Shown piece after piece: positions 6,520-14,769 of a stretch of DNA of 40,531 bases. The DNA comes from a virus. A program made the translations under genes and the position numbers. The notes under the pieces were generated by a model. It did not search any database. It was not told the DNA's origin and saw only the letters and a list, made by a program, of their open reading frames with translations. Each line of letters starts with the position of its first letter. Within the stretch, counting starts at the first letter, position 1. The stretch lies in the IMG/VR virus record IMGVR_UViG_3300047160_001675, positions 1 to 40,531 of that record. The stretch is one strand, 5' to 3'.

Positions 6520-6736
6520 CGTTAATCATCCTTCGCACTATCAAGGTAAGAACGGCATAGAGAGTATTAATGTCATTGAAGGGTTCGATCTCGGATTCCA
6601 TCTTGGTAATGCCCTTAAGTACATACTAAGGGCTGGCAAGAAGGGCGATCGCGTTGAGGACATCCGCAAGGCGATATGGTATCTCAATCGAGAGATTGCA
6701 AGGCATGAGAAGTGGGAAGACCCAGTAGTGCCATAA
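6512..6736 (+). CDS. DUF3310-like small phage protein (74 aa, TTG start).
   Basis: HPSHYQG...IESINVIE...GNALKYILRAGKKG...DIRKAIWYL matches my memory of the DUF3310 signature (HY..., KY.xRag.K, KA.wYl). GGAG lies 6 nt upstream of the TTG. Confidence 0.6.
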   Translation: MDNVNHPSHYQGKNGIESINVIEGFDLGFHLGNALKYILRAGKKGDRVEDIRKAIWYLNREIARHEKWEDPVVP

Positions 6737-6808
6737 GGGTTCATGGTGCAGCGGCTAGCATACCTCCCTGTCACGGAGGAGGCGACAGTTCGATTCTGTC
6801 TGATCCCG
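6737..6808 (+). tRNA. tRNA-Asp: tRNA-Asp (anticodon GUC), CCA not encoded.
   Basis: Hand-folded cloverleaf. Acceptor GGGTTCA/TGATCCC has one T.T mismatch. D stem GTGC/GCAT. Anticodon stem CCTCC/GGAGG with loop CTGTCAC. T arm GACAG-TTCGATT-CTGTC. Confidence 0.8.
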
Positions 6809-6810
6809 AC

Positions 6811-6883
6811 GGACTCGTAGCTCAGTCGGTAGAGCAGCGGATTGTTAATCCGCAGCGCGTAGGTTCAAGTCCTGCCGAGTCCT
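6811..6883 (+). tRNA. tRNA-Asn: tRNA-Asn (anticodon GUU), CCA not encoded.
   Basis: Acceptor GGACTCG/CGAGTCC is perfect. D arm GCTC-AGTCGGTA-GAGC. Anticodon stem GCGGA/TCCGC with loop TTGTTAA. T arm GTAGG-TTCAAGT-CCTGC. Confidence 0.9.
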
Positions 6884-6885
6884 AA

Positions 6886-6959
6886 CGTGCCGTAGCTCAA
6901 TAGGTTAGAGCGGCACTCTTATAAGGTGCAGGTCGGTGGTTCAATTCCACCCGGCACGA
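6886..6959 (+). tRNA. tRNA-Ile: tRNA-Ile (anticodon UAU, AUA decoder), CCA not encoded.
   Basis: Acceptor CGTGCCG/CGGCACG is perfect. D arm GCTC-AATAGGTTA-GAGC. Anticodon stem GCACT/GGTGC with loop CTTATAA. T arm GGTGG-TTCAATT-CCACC. Confidence 0.85.
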
Positions 6960-6996
6960 AACGAGTCGGTTACAAAATGAAACCTAGTGAGGTAGT

Positions 6997-7308
6997 ATGT
7001 TCAATAGGAAGAAAGAGAAAGAGAGATTAGAGAGAGAGAAACTTATGCGTTTAGAGTTAAACGCGTTTCACGGTACTGTGAGGGCTGCCGAGAAACAGAG
7101 CCATGAAGCAGTTCAACTTCTTAAGGAGCTTAAGTATAAGATTAATGAAGATATGAGGGAAGAGCTAGATACTACTCAGAGAAAGTATATAGCTCTGTTG
7201 GAAGCAAAACTCATTCAATTCGATCAAGAAGCTGTTAAGATAAAAGCAGAGAAGGACGCTCAATATCAGCGCCTTCATAATTACTTCTATTCAGGTGCTC
7301 GTCCTTAG
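6997..7308 (+). CDS. Coiled-coil protein (103 aa).
   Basis: GAGGT SD. Charged heptad-rich sequence. Confidence 0.6.
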   Translation: MFNRKKEKERLEREKLMRLELNAFHGTVRAAEKQSHEAVQLLKELKYKINEDMREELDTTQRKYIALLEAKLIQFDQEAVKIKAEKDAQYQRLHNYFYSGARP

Positions 7309-7566
7309 CTTATAGAGGTGTTCAATAGCGTCGCATAGAATCTTGGACTTTTCAGGCTTTCCTGAGCGTTTCATCTCTTCTAAGCATAGCTCGTTGAACA
7401 TCTTCCAATGCTCTTCACTTAGGTACATTGTCACCTTAACCTTTTCCTGTTTAGGTGTGTTTACTTCTTGCGGTTTTGATGTATCTACGTTTTGCGGTAT
7501 TGCCTCGTAGTCCATTAACTTCATCTTCTTTTTGATGCTTTCTTTAGCTTGTTCTATACTCGACAT
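7291..7566 (-). CDS. Small ParA partner, probable ribbon-helix-helix centromere-binding protein (ParG/CopG-like, 91 aa).
   Basis: It sits directly downstream of parA and overlaps it by 13 nt. GGAGGAAG SD. The C-terminal KVKVTMYLSEEHWKMFNELCLEEMKRSGKPEKSKILCDAIEHL has a beta-strand plus two-helix RHH pattern. Confidence 0.45.
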   Translation of the reverse strand: MSSIEQAKESIKKKMKLMDYEAIPQNVDTSKPQEVNTPKQEKVKVTMYLSEEHWKMFNELCLEEMKRSGKPEKSKILCDAIEHLYKLRTST

Positions 7567-8318
7567 TTTACTTCCTCCACTAGTTCACGATAGGCTTCTG
7601 CGCCTTTAGAATCAGGGGCATAATCGAAGATCGACTTGCCGTTCTTTTGTGCTTCATCCAGCTTAATGTTTTGCGGTATTACGGTATTTAGTAACTTAGG
7701 GCCAAAGATTTCATGCAGCGCGGTGTTTACTTCCTTAGCTGCGTTTGCCCTTAGGTCGTGAAATGTTACCAGAACGCCTGTGATCTCTATACGGTGTTTT
7801 TGTACCCAGCCAATCTTTTCGTTAATGTAGTTGACGGTTTCAATGAAGCTATTGACGCCCTCCAAGGCGAAATAGCGTAATTGAACCGGCAGAATGATCT
7901 CTTTAGCTGCGATAAATGAGTTGATCGTCAGGTTGCCGAAGTTAGGTGGGCAGTCAATGATGATGTAGTCATGCTGCTCATTTTCGATCTTATTCTTTAG
8001 GCGAAACTCTTTTGCGCCCATAGAGGATAACTTCATATCTGCAATCGCTAGAGATAAATCAGCTGGAATGATATCAAGATTTGGAATGTAGGTAGGTTGC
8101 CTTACATCACCAACTGATACCGATTCATTACATAGAAGGTCTGAGATTGTGAGCTTGGATTCTGTGCTTATTCCAAGCCCTTTAGAGGTATTTCCTTGAG
8201 GGTCGATATCTACCAGCAATACTTTATTACCGCAATACGCTAAACCGGCAGCAAGGTTAATGGCCGTTGTAGACTTACCTACACCGCCTTTTTGATTTGA
8301 GATCGCTATAATTCGCAT
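7554..8318 (-). CDS. parA: ParA/Soj-family partition ATPase (254 aa).
   Basis: Deviant Walker A NQKGGVGKSTTAINLA. Also VLLVDIDPQGN, IIIDCPP and the VIPQNIKLDEA motif. Confidence 0.9.
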   Translation of the reverse strand: MRIIAISNQKGGVGKSTTAINLAAGLAYCGNKVLLVDIDPQGNTSKGLGISTESKLTISDLLCNESVSVGDVRQPTYIPNLDIIPADLSLAIADMKLSSMGAKEFRLKNKIENEQHDYIIIDCPPNFGNLTINSFIAAKEIILPVQLRYFALEGVNSFIETVNYINEKIGWVQKHRIEITGVLVTFHDLRANAAKEVNTALHEIFGPKLLNTVIPQNIKLDEAQKNGKSIFDYAPDSKGAEAYRELVEEVKCRV

Positions 8319-8348
8319 ACATACTCCTTGTTGTGTACACGTTATAGC

Positions 8349-8363
8349 GTTTTACGGTATTAC
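8349..8363. repeat. 15-mer GTTTTACGGTATTAC. One of three near-identical copies (also 7489..7503 and 7668..7682). Candidate parS or operator.
   Basis: The copies match at 14/15 positions. This copy is intergenic, just upstream of the parA SD. Confidence 0.4.
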
Positions 8364-8725
8364 TGTAAAGAAGTTCCTAATTGTCGCTCACAAAGCTTCC
8401 TGAGATACTCGTTAACTGTCTGATTCTCATCATATTCTTCATGGAAGTGATCGCGCATAGCAAGCGCGCGCCAATCTGTTTCTTCAGGCGCCCATTGACC
8501 TTCAAGGCCATAGCATGAGCAGTGTGACGCGTTAACTTCATAGAGGACGCCTCCATGCTCGAAAAGAACAAAGGATTGCCCACAGTAGTCTCCAGCGCCA
8601 TACCATGCGATATAGACTGTACTTTCATTCAAGGTCTTTAGGATATGCTCGTAATCCTCTTTATCTTGATAGTTAGAGTATTCTTTAGCTACATCTTCAT
8701 TAGATTTAAATTCTGCTACGTACAT
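8360..8725 (-). CDS. Hypothetical protein (121 aa; start moved to the internal ATG).
   Basis: AAGGA SD 5 nt upstream of ATG 8725 (MYVAEFKS...). Confidence 0.6.
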   Translation of the reverse strand: MYVAEFKSNEDVAKEYSNYQDKEDYEHILKTLNESTVYIAWYGAGDYCGQSFVLFEHGGVLYEVNASHCSCYGLEGQWAPEETDWRALAMRDHFHEEYDENQTVNEYLRKLCERQLGTSLQ

Positions 8726-8726
8726 A

Positions 8727-8894
8727 TTAATCCTTATCAAAGTTAAAAGAGTTAATTAGATCTTGGATAGCTTTATATTCTTCTTCATATTGAGTATTTA
8801 GAATTATATTAGAGTTTTTACCATTAAGATAATCAATATTAGCCTGATTCAATGTATTTAGATTTTCTAAAAACTCTTTTAAGGTTTTTTTCAC
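8727..8894 (-). CDS. Small hypothetical protein (55 aa, GTG start). Not in the ORF track.
   Basis: Hand translation gives (M)KKTLKEFLENLNTLNQANIDYLNGKNS...FNFDKD. AAGGA lies 7 nt upstream. The ORF fills the gap between rtcB and the next gene. Confidence 0.4.
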   Translation of the reverse strand: MKKTLKEFLENLNTLNQANIDYLNGKNSNIILNTQYEEEYKAIQDLINSFNFDKD

Positions 8895-8896
8895 TA

Positions 8897-10075
8897 TTAA
8901 TCCTTATATGGGTCTATTTCGTTTTCTGAGGCCATACAAACGCCTATCGGCTTAAGTCGGTGTATTGCCTTGACCGTCTCGCGATGTGCGAATAGAACTT
9001 GTTCTATGCGTTTATAGCAATGCGGGGATTCATCCACACCAGCCCCCCGGAGTTCGACATCGAAACGTTTAACCCAATCTTCCATGTCGTTCTGGGATAC
9101 CAACCCAGCTCTAATAATTTCGCCTGTCTTACGATTACGCTTTCCTTTAGCCTGGGCGCGACCCATAATCCGGCCGGCGCCGTGGATGGTCGAATACATA
9201 GAATCTTTGGATTCGTCGCTATCCACTCCTTCAAGGATGAATGAGTAATCACCCATAGACCCGCCAACAAAGCTTTTTTCGCCGGGAAAATTAGGCGTTG
9301 CGCCCTTTCTAACGACCCATAAGTCTTTCCCAAAATGAGACTCCCTCCATGCAAAATTATGGTGATTGTGTACTTCTTCCAGAATGTCGGCTCGTAGTAT
9401 CTGCGCAACACGCGCACACACCCAATCACGCCCTGCGTAAGCGTACCTACCAGCCATTTCCATACATTTGAGGTACTGTTCTCCGAGGTCGGAAGTTTCG
9501 TCCAAGACAACTGGTTTTGCGTGAATACCATCCTTCCCCCCCGCTTTTTCTATAAAATGTGTGGCTATGGAGTGTCCCAATCCGCGGCTCCCAAAATGTA
9601 CCCCAATCCACACGCGATCAAGATCGTCAACAAAAATATCAACATAATGGTTACCGGAACCAACAGTGCCAAGCTGCTCAATAGCTTTAGACCTAAGATT
9701 CCTAAGCAAATCAAGCTCAGTCCATAAAGGATCATCAAAAAGATTGTGCTCGACTCGTTCATTATTTTTCCTCCCTACTCCGAAGCTGATGTGCTTCTGG
9801 ACTTCGTTCATACTTCGATAGATGTTAGCCCGTACTTGATTAGAATCAGCGTTAACCCGTACAGCCTTATTGCCACATGCAATGTCAAAGCCAACGCCAT
9901 TAACACAGATACGCCCTTCATAAGCGATAACGCCACCAATAGGCACGCTATATCCAATATGGTGATCAGCCATAAGGGCTCCGCAATAAGCTTCATGCTT
10001 CAAGGCCTCCTGCATTTGTAGAATTGTTTCGGCGTCAGGGTCACCCCATACCGGAAGATTATTTAGTCTTTGCAT
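8897..10075 (-). CDS. rtcB: RtcB-family RNA ligase (3'-phosphate/2',3'-cyclic phosphate to 5'-OH ligase).
   Basis: The expected motifs are present: MADHHIGYSVPIGGV, GFDIACGN, GSGNHYVDIF, HFGSRGLGH, HNHHNFAW, GSMGDYSFIL, HGAGR and PHCYKRI. I place the start at ATG 10075 (MQRLNNLPVWG, AAGGAG upstream). The ORF also stays open back to 10126. Confidence 0.9.
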   Translation of the reverse strand: MQRLNNLPVWGDPDAETILQMQEALKHEAYCGALMADHHIGYSVPIGGVIAYEGRICVNGVGFDIACGNKAVRVNADSNQVRANIYRSMNEVQKHISFGVGRKNNERVEHNLFDDPLWTELDLLRNLRSKAIEQLGTVGSGNHYVDIFVDDLDRVWIGVHFGSRGLGHSIATHFIEKAGGKDGIHAKPVVLDETSDLGEQYLKCMEMAGRYAYAGRDWVCARVAQILRADILEEVHNHHNFAWRESHFGKDLWVVRKGATPNFPGEKSFVGGSMGDYSFILEGVDSDESKDSMYSTIHGAGRIMGRAQAKGKRNRKTGEIIRAGLVSQNDMEDWVKRFDVELRGAGVDESPHCYKRIEQVLFAHRETVKAIHRLKPIGVCMASENEIDPYKD

Positions 10076-10268
10076 CTTTCTTCCACTCCTTAGCCAATTC
10101 AGGCTTGCAGATAACGAAAGTTGCATCTAACTCTTTAGCCCATTGCATATCTACTTTCCAATGTTCGTGGCAATACTTCTTAACAAGATTTTGGAACTCC
10201 TTCAAAGGTACGGCTCCCCTGAATACAACATAACCCTCGTCATGTATCTCTAAGCACCATGTAGACAT
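10059..10268 (-). CDS. Small hypothetical protein (69 aa), first gene of the rtcB-parA operon.
   Basis: AGGAGG SD upstream of ATG 10268 (MSTWCLEIHDEG...). It overlaps the rtcB start by 17 nt. Confidence 0.55.
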   Translation of the reverse strand: MSTWCLEIHDEGYVVFRGAVPLKEFQNLVKKYCHEHWKVDMQWAKELDATFVICKPELAKEWKKDAKTK

Positions 10269-10388
10269 ATTGCCTCCTATTCTAGTGGTTAGTTCACAAG
10301 GTAGCACACACAAAATTCAGTAATCAAGAAAAATATTGCTTGTCGTAAATTAAAGCGATTTTCTATATCTTAAGTTACAGGATGTTTA

Positions 10389-10401
10389 ACTGGAATTCCT
10401 G
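10389..10401. promoter_or_regulatory. ACTGGAATTCCTG near-palindrome in the divergent control region 10269..10460.
   Basis: Member of the ACTGRAATT motif family. A second member, AAAATTCAGT, lies at 10312..10321 next to a minus-strand TTGATT. Confidence 0.35.
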
Positions 10402-10460
10402 TAAATAATCGGGTGATAAGTCTAGATGGACACACCTAATGTAACAATTTGAGGTATATA

Positions 10461-10721
10461 ATGAGTGATCAACAGGATCATCTTTTGAAGATCGTTTTAA
10501 ATAACGGTCAATTAATTGGTTTATATTGCGATGAAATGTCGTTAGCTGAGTTAGTGTCACACCCTAAGTTCTTTAAGATGAACGATAAAGTGAATGATAT
10601 CTATGTGTCCGTTGATGAGATCGCCGCCTTTGAGATTGCAAGCAATCGAAAGGAACCGCCTAAACCAATGGAGAGTAATGGTGAAAACCAAGGAACAGAT
10701 AAAAGCCCGGAACAAGCTTAG
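10461..10721 (+). CDS. Hypothetical protein (86 aa).
   Basis: GAGGT SD 5 nt upstream of ATG 10461. Confidence 0.55.
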   Translation: MSDQQDHLLKIVLNNGQLIGLYCDEMSLAELVSHPKFFKMNDKVNDIYVSVDEIAAFEIASNRKEPPKPMESNGENQGTDKSPEQA

Positions 10722-10905
10722 TTGTGAGAATTGCGGCATTAAGGACGAGTTAGAGTTCTTCGAGCACGTACTTGGGGGAATTAGATTGTGTCAAGACTGT
10801 GCCGATCTGCCCGTTAGAAAAGTGCGTAAACGAGGACTTAATTGGGTTAAGGTCAAAGGGGAGTACTTTCCCCCTGACTTCCCTGTAGCAAATAGTGTGG
10901 AATAG
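10678..10905 (+). CDS. Small zinc-ribbon protein (75 aa; CENCG...CQDC).
   Basis: GGAGAG SD upstream of ATG 10678. Two CxxC pairs. Confidence 0.5.
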   Translation: MVKTKEQIKARNKLSCENCGIKDELEFFEHVLGGIRLCQDCADLPVRKVRKRGLNWVKVKGEYFPPDFPVANSVE

Positions 10906-10906
10906 G

Positions 10907-12397
10907 ATGGATCTTCAAGAGAGCAAAGCTGTAGAACTGTTATCGAACAAACTTTGGCGTCTGTCTAATCTTTATTACATTAAGGATAAGACAGGCGACA
11001 AAGTGTTGTTCAAACCTAACTGGGCACAGTTAGAGCTTATGAAACCGCATTATCTTAATATTATATTAAAGGCCCGACAGTTAGGCGTGACGACGTTTCA
11101 CGCCTTACTTTTTCTAGACACGTGCCTATTCAATCACAATATCAATGCTGCGATCATAGCAGATAATAAGCCTAATGCAAAAGAAATTTTTATTGATAAG
11201 GTCAAGTTTGCGTATGACTGTCTACCTGATTGGCTTAAGCAGATGGCGCCCGCAAAGAGAGATAACGTAAATGAATTGCGATTCGAGAATGGATCGGTAT
11301 TCCGTGTGGGTACGTCACTTAGATCGGGAACCCTCCAGCTGCTTCACGTCACTGAGTTTGCTAAAATTTGTGTCGAGAATCCAAGAAAGGCCAACGAGAT
11401 TATTTCAGGTGCTCTCAACACTATTCAGGCTGGTCAATTTTGCTGCATTGAAAGCACTGCACGAGGTAGGGGTGGCGCTTTCTACACCATGTGCAAAAAG
11501 GCAATGGATCAGCAAGAATCAGGCGTTGAGCTCAGTAAACTCGATTGGAAGTTTTGGTTCTTTAGTTGGTGGAAACATCCTGAATATACATTGGATTCCA
11601 AGGGAGTCGTATTCACCAAAGAGCAAAACGAATATTTCGAGAAAATCGAAGCCGAGATTGGCCAGAAATTAACCATAGAGCAGAGAGCGTGGTACGTAAA
11701 GAAAGCGGAGACGCAAGGGGAGTATATGACTAGAGAGTATCCTAGTACGCCGGAAGAGTCTTTCCTTAGTGCTAATGAAGGTCTTTACTGGGGTCAACAG
11801 ATGGCAAAGGCGCGTATCGAACGCCGTATCTGTCATCTACCTTATGATGAGCATGCGCTTACGTTTAGCAGCTGGGATATCGGGATAGGGGATAGTACCG
11901 CAATTTGGGTGTGGCAGCTCGTAGGGAAAGAGATACACTTTTTAAATTATTACGAGAACAGCGATGAGTCGCTTCCTCATTACGTTAACTGGATAAAGAA
12001 GTTGCCATATGTCTTTGAAAAACATTACATGCCTCACGATGCTGCCTCCAGATCTCAAGCAACCGGAAAATCTTACGCTGATGTTGCTAGGGGACTTGGC
12101 CTTAAGGTCGACATTATACCTCTCGACCCCAACGAGATGTTTGGAATTGAAGCAGTACGGAATGCTTTCCCTCGATTCTGGTTCGATCAATCCAAGTGCG
12201 AAAAAGGCCTTAAAGCCGTCGATGCATTCAAGAAAGAATGGAACGAGAAACATGGATGTTATCGAGAAAAGAGCTTGCATGATTGGGCATCGCATGGTGC
12301 TAAAGCACTTATATATGGAGTACAGGCAATCGACAAGATGCAGATAGGCAGGGGCTTATCAGCTGAAGAGTGGCGTCAACTAAGGAGGAGCGTGTAA
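10907..12397 (+). CDS. terL: Terminase large subunit.
   Basis: ILKARQLGVTTF is a Walker-A-like motif typical of Terminase_6-type TerL. The C-terminal WDIGIGDSTAIWVWQ...HYMPHD is a nuclease-like region. About 500 aa and followed by the portal gene. A GTG at 10895 is an alternative start. Confidence 0.85.
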   Translation: MDLQESKAVELLSNKLWRLSNLYYIKDKTGDKVLFKPNWAQLELMKPHYLNIILKARQLGVTTFHALLFLDTCLFNHNINAAIIADNKPNAKEIFIDKVKFAYDCLPDWLKQMAPAKRDNVNELRFENGSVFRVGTSLRSGTLQLLHVTEFAKICVENPRKANEIISGALNTIQAGQFCCIESTARGRGGAFYTMCKKAMDQQESGVELSKLDWKFWFFSWWKHPEYTLDSKGVVFTKEQNEYFEKIEAEIGQKLTIEQRAWYVKKAETQGEYMTREYPSTPEESFLSANEGLYWGQQMAKARIERRICHLPYDEHALTFSSWDIGIGDSTAIWVWQLVGKEIHFLNYYENSDESLPHYVNWIKKLPYVFEKHYMPHDAASRSQATGKSYADVARGLGLKVDIIPLDPNEMFGIEAVRNAFPRFWFDQSKCEKGLKAVDAFKKEWNEKHGCYREKSLHDWASHGAKALIYGVQAIDKMQIGRGLSAEEWRQLRRSV

Positions 12398-12639
12398 TGG
12401 GAGCAACAATAGAGGAGTGGCCCGAGGATGTTAAACCTAATTCAAAACCTGATAGGGCGTGCAAGAATTGCAGGCACTTCTGTCCGTACGTATATGAATT
12501 CGATGAAGATGTGGATAGTGATCTCATGGTGTCTGACTATGGAGAGTGTCGAAGGTTTCCTCCGAAACTTGTTCCGGCAGAAGAGCATGGGTTCCCGGTA
12601 GTCGAAGATACGATGTGGTGTGGTGAATTCGACATTTAA
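12397..12639 (+). CDS. Small Cys-rich protein (80 aa).
   Basis: AAGGAGGAG SD. TAATG coupling to terL. Confidence 0.6.
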   Translation: MGATIEEWPEDVKPNSKPDRACKNCRHFCPYVYEFDEDVDSDLMVSDYGECRRFPPKLVPAEEHGFPVVEDTMWCGEFDI

Positions 12640-12685
12640 ACTGAAATTTTAGATAATAAGGGAGAAGAGGATTAACAGGATTTCG

Positions 12686-12704
12686 ACTGAAATTCCAGTT
12701 GATT
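12686..12704 (+). promoter_or_regulatory. ACTGAAATTCCAGTTGATT motif upstream of the portal gene. A second copy, ACTGAAATTTT, is at 12640..12650.
   Basis: It matches 34142..34160 (CTGGATTTCCTGTTGATAG) at 14 of 19 positions. CCAGTTGATT recurs at 4932 and 18777. Confidence 0.35.
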
Positions 12705-12729
12705 CTTATAACGTTCATCCAGTGGATGC

Positions 12730-14769
12730 ATGACTTATACTCCCCAGTCGAACGATAAAGTTTTCAAGTTTAACCAATTCTTCTACGACGCCTATCGTAC
12801 GTGGGGGTTGTACTATGCTGCTGCCTATCGCGACTTGCGAATGTACGCCGGCGATCAATGGACGCAGGTAGAAAAAACTTCGCTTGAGCAGCAAAAGAGG
12901 ATGGTTCTTCAGCTTAACAAAGTTAGGCGAGTAGTTAATCTTTATAGCGGGTATGAGCGTGAAAACCGTCTTAGTACAGTCTGTGCTCCAGTCGAGGATT
13001 CTGATGAGGATACAGCTGATCTCCTCTCTGACGTTATGTTGTATGTCTATGATAAAGGCGATGCACATCATGTCATCTCCGAAGCTTTTGAGCATACGCT
13101 TAAAACAGGTTTGTCGATTGTCGGAATATACATTGACTACAGCAAAGACAAGGTTAACGGGGATATCAAGTTTTACTGGAAGCCCTTTAACGCCCTTATG
13201 CTTGACCCTTATTTTACTAAGCGAGACTTATCAGATTGCGATCAAGCAAGCACTAGGGACTTACTAAGCCGAGAACAAGTTAAATCTATGATGCCGTGGA
13301 TCGATCCTTCGATCATAGATAATATCCCTACAGGTATCCGTGATAATAAATATCAATATCTTGGCATATATCGTCAATACAATTCAACTTACATAGCAAG
13401 AAATCTCCTTACCTATGATCAGCATTGGGTAAGGATTAACAAGCCTCAAAAGTATCTAGTCGATCTAGATACAGGCGTCACGCAGGAATGGAATGGCACG
13501 AAGGAAGAAGAAGAAAAGATTCGCGAAGCAATTGCGCAAAACGAAAACGTCCAAATCATCAACTCATACAAGCGAACTATCGAACTCAACATCATCGTTG
13601 GTGGGCGCCTTCTGTATAGTGGTCCTGACCCTACCGGCCTTGACACTTTTCCTTTTGTCGCACTCATAGCATATTTTGAGCCACTCCTAGACACGATAGA
13701 GCTCAAGATACAGGGCTTAGTCAGATCCATCTATGATGCGCAACGTCAGTACAACCGTCGCCACAGCCAGATCATCGACCTTATGGAATCGGTAATTAAT
13801 ACTGGTTGGATCTCTAAGAACGGCGCTGTAGTTGACCCTACAATGCTTTTACAATCAGGCCAATCAAGGAACGTAGTACTTAATGATGGATTCGACGTCA
13901 ACGCAGATATTAGAGAAATCAACGCACCTCAAGTGCCTCCAGGATACCTCCAGTACCAAGACATCATCGACAAGAACATCATGGAGATCCCGGGTGGATC
14001 AGAAGAACTCCTCGGAATATCATCTACTGGCGACAGTCAAGTTTCTGGAAGGCTCGCGGAAGTACGTGCTAGTAACGGACTTAAAGGTAATCGTGGTCTC
14101 TATGACAACTTGGAACAAACCCTTAAATGGCTCGGTCAAATTGTTTTAAAGGCTATTCAGATCAATTTCACACCGGGGAAGGTCTGGCGTATAACCAAGC
14201 GTGATCCTACGCCAGAATTCTTCAGCGGTGAATTCGGTCAATATGACTCAGTAATCAAACAAGCAATCTTAACTCAGACCCAGAAAGCTGCTTACTACTA
14301 CCAACTCTTGCAGCTTAGGGAAATTGGTATCGCAATACCGGATGACGAGATCGTCGACGCTGCACCTCTTCAAGGTAAGATCCGTCTCCGTCAGAAGATG
14401 GCTGAAATACAACAAGCCCAAGAACAAGCAGCTCAAATTGAGATGGATACAGCTAACCGTCAAGCACAGTTGGAGATGTCTCAAATCGACAACAACTTGG
14501 CTCTGGCGCAAGAGCGTAGAGCTAGGGTCATCGCTGATATTGGCCTCGCTCGAGAGCGTATCAGTGAAGGCGAACAGAATAAGGCTAAAGCCTTACTCGA
14601 TAACGCGAAGACCTTCGCAGAGATCGAGGATCTTGATCGGAATCACTTCTTGGAGGTTATGCGTTTCGCGCATGAGACCCAAGTTCATAACGACGATCAA
14701 ATAACAGAAACCCTCCAGCAAGACAAGAAGTTGGGGGAATCATTAACAGGAGGAAAGCCGAATGGCTAA
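12730..14769 (+). CDS. Portal protein (679 aa).
   Basis: Size and position directly after terL. The acidic and coiled C-terminal region is typical of podovirus portals. No motif-level proof. Confidence 0.7.
   Translation: MTYTPQSNDKVFKFNQFFYDAYRTWGLYYAAAYRDLRMYAGDQWTQVEKTSLEQQKRMVLQLNKVRRVVNLYSGYERENRLSTVCAPVEDSDEDTADLLSDVMLYVYDKGDAHHVISEAFEHTLKTGLSIVGIYIDYSKDKVNGDIKFYWKPFNALMLDPYFTKRDLSDCDQASTRDLLSREQVKSMMPWIDPSIIDNIPTGIRDNKYQYLGIYRQYNSTYIARNLLTYDQHWVRINKPQKYLVDLDTGVTQEWNGTKEEEEKIREAIAQNENVQIINSYKRTIELNIIVGGRLLYSGPDPTGLDTFPFVALIAYFEPLLDTIELKIQGLVRSIYDAQRQYNRRHSQIIDLMESVINTGWISKNGAVVDPTMLLQSGQSRNVVLNDGFDVNADIREINAPQVPPGYLQYQDIIDKNIMEIPGGSEELLGISSTGDSQVSGRLAEVRASNGLKGNRGLYDNLEQTLKWLGQIVLKAIQINFTPGKVWRITKRDPTPEFFSGEFGQYDSVIKQAILTQTQKAAYYYQLLQLREIGIAIPDDEIVDAAPLQGKIRLRQKMAEIQQAQEQAAQIEMDTANRQAQLEMSQIDNNLALAQERRARVIADIGLARERISEGEQNKAKALLDNAKTFAEIEDLDRNHFLEVMRFAHETQVHNDDQITETLQQDKKLGESLTGGKPNG

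Noticed and set aside
8999-10021. Several 60-175-aa ORFs on both strands inside rtcB (for example 9004..9531 and 9746..10021).
   Set aside because: The RtcB frame carries all diagnostic motifs over its whole length. The others are alternate-frame or antisense shadows.
11271-12347. ORFs 11271..11672 (+), 11942..12295 (-) and 12009..12347 (+).
   Set aside because: These are alternate-frame or antisense shadows within the terminase large-subunit gene.
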